This document shows, piece after piece, positions 14,567 through 15,717 of a stretch of DNA of 15,717 nt. Under the pieces are notes generated by a model. The model saw only the letters and a list, made by a program, of their open reading frames with translations, made no database searches and was not told the DNA's origin. The stretch comes from a virus. Its lineage: Duplodnaviria > Heunggongvirae > Uroviricota > Caudoviricetes. Position 1 is the first letter of the stretch. Each line of letters opens with the position of its first letter. The stretch is taken from the IMG/VR virus record IMGVR_UViG_2571042372_000008; one strand, written 5' to 3'. The translations under genes were made by a program, and so were the position numbers.

Positions 14567-15060
14567 TGCCTCCATCATTACGAAAAGCCGTTGCTGCTAT
14601 TGGTGGCGGAGCAATTGCTATAGCATCAGTGTTAATCACTGGCCCAAGTGGTAACGATGGTCTGGAAGGTGTCAGCTACATACCATACAAAGATATTGTT
14701 GGTGTATGGACTGTATGTCACGGGCATACAGGAAAAGACATCATGCTCGGTAAAACGTATACCAAAGCAGAATGCAAAGCCCTCCTGAATAAAGACCTTG
14801 CCACGGTCGCCAGACAAATTAACCCGTACATCAAAGTCGATATACCGGAAACAATGCGCGGCGCTCTTTACTCATTCGTTTACAACGTGGGTGCTGGCAA
14901 TTTCAGAACATCGACGCTTCTTCGCAAAATAAACCAGGGCGATATCAAAGGCGCATGTGATCAGCTACGTCGCTGGACATATGCTGGCGGTAAGCAATGG
15001 AAAGGTCTCATGACTCGTCGTGAGATTGAGCGTGAAATCTGTTTGTGGGGTCAGCAATGA
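14566..15060 (+). CDS. SAR endolysin (signal-anchor-release lysozyme, phage 21 R / DLP12 RrrD type)
   Basis: 164 aa with an N-terminal Gly/Ala-rich weakly hydrophobic SAR segment ([19 protein letters not shown]) and a lysozyme core. Matches RrrD from memory. Confidence 0.9.
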   Translation: MPPSLRKAVAAIGGGAIAIASVLITGPSGNDGLEGVSYIPYKDIVGVWTVCHGHTGKDIMLGKTYTKAECKALLNKDLATVARQINPYIKVDIPETMRGALYSFVYNVGAGNFRTSTLLRKINQGDIKGACDQLRRWTYAGGKQWKGLMTRREIEREICLWGQQ

Positions 15061-15518
15061 ACAGAGTAACCGCGATTATCTCCGCTCTGGTTATCTGCAT
15101 CATCGTCTGCCTGTCATGGGCTGTTAATCATTACCGTGATAACGCCATTACCTACAAAGCCCAGCGCGACAAAAATGCCAGAGAACTGACGCTGGCGAAC
15201 GCGGTAATTACTGACATACAGATGCGTCAGCGTGATGTTGCTGCGCTCGATGCAAAATACACGAAGGAGTTAGCTGATGCGAAAGCTGAAAATGATGCTC
15301 TGCGTGATGATGTTGCCGCTGGTCGTCGTCGGTTGCACATCAAAGCAGTCTGTCAGTCAGTGCGTGAAGCCACCACCGCCTCCGGCGTGGATAATGCAGC
15401 CTCCCCCCGACTGGCAGACACCGCTGAACGGGATTATTTCACCCTCAGAGAGAGGCTGATCACTATGCAAAAACAACTGGAAGGAACCCAGAAGTATATT
15501 AATGAGCAGTGCAGATAG
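15057..15518 (+). CDS. Rz, inner-membrane spanin subunit
   Basis: 153 aa from the ATG at 15057 (ATGA overlap with the endolysin stop). N-terminal TM segment [20 protein letters not shown] then a coiled-coil-like region. Matches DLP12 RzpD from memory. Confidence 0.8.
   Translation: MNRVTAIISALVICIIVCLSWAVNHYRDNAITYKAQRDKNARELTLANAVITDIQMRQRDVAALDAKYTKELADAKAENDALRDDVAAGRRRLHIKAVCQSVREATTASGVDNAASPRLADTAERDYFTLRERLITMQKQLEGTQKYINEQCR
15277..15459 (+). CDS. Rz1, outer-membrane lipoprotein spanin subunit, embedded in the +1 frame of Rz
   Basis: 60 aa. AAGGAG Shine-Dalgarno at 15264-15269. Lipobox LVVVGC followed by a proline-rich segment [15 protein letters not shown]. Confidence 0.8.
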   Translation: MRKLKMMLCVMMLPLVVVGCTSKQSVSQCVKPPPPPAWIMQPPPDWQTPLNGIISPSERG

Positions 15519-15549
15519 AGCTGCCCATATCGATGGGCAACTCATGCAA

Positions 15550-15717
15550 TTATTGTGAGCAATACACACGCGCTTCCAGCGGAGTATAAATGCCTAAAGT
15601 AATAAAACCGAGCAATCCATTTACGAATGTTTGCTGGGTTTCTGTTTTAACAACATTTTCTGCACCACCACAAATTTTTGCTGCATCGACAGTTTTCTTC
15701 TGCCCAATTCCCGAAAC
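15550..15717 (-). CDS. bor: Bor-like outer-membrane lipoprotein (serum-resistance lysogenic conversion), 3' part only; the 5' end lies beyond the window
   Basis: Minus-strand translation ...VSGIGQKKTVDAAKICGGAENVVKTETQQTFVNGLLGFITLGIYTPLEARVYCSQ-stop matches the lambda Bor C-terminus from memory. Stop at 15550-15552. Confidence 0.8.
   Translation of the reverse strand, partial: VSGIGQKKTVDAAKICGGAENVVKTETQQTFVNGLLGFITLGIYTPLEARVYCSQ

Noticed and set aside
14632-15569. Minus-strand ORFs of 61 and 70 aa
   Set aside because: Antisense within the endolysin and Rz/Rz1 genes.
1-15717. CRISPR array or other long tandem repeats
   Set aside because: The only regular direct repeats are the four ori iterons; no repeat-spacer architecture is present.

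Overview
This window is the early-left arm, immunity region and start of the late region of a mosaic lambdoid prophage of the E. coli type. Calls rest on reading the ORF translations and on recall of phage lambda, P22, 21/DLP12 and IS3-family proteins; no database search was run. Minus-strand genes run int-xis, three small accessory genes, orf61/63/60a-like ORFs, exo-bet-gam, kil, cIII, ea10, ral and orf28, then sieB on the plus strand. N and both nut sites are not lambda-type (N has a P22-like C-terminus; both boxB hairpins carry GAAA loops). The repressor has a lambda-identical C-terminal domain on a different DNA-binding domain, with unfamiliar operators and a 71-aa Cro. The most interesting element is an AT-rich two-gene cassette (185 aa and 250 aa, no family recognised) sitting between cI and the pL terminator, exactly where lambda carries rexA-rexB; I propose it as a candidate undescribed lysogen-expressed exclusion or abortive-infection module. 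The replication gene O is cut inside the ori iterons by a 1310-bp IS3-family element (IS629-like) with no target-site duplication, and the sequence resumes just upstream of a DLP12/82-type Q gene, so P and the nin region are absent and the prophage is probably replication-defective. Downstream are an OmpC/NmpC-like porin on the opposite strand, a pinholin / SAR-endolysin / Rz-Rz1 lysis cassette and the 3' part of bor. No tRNA, CRISPR array or stx genes were seen.
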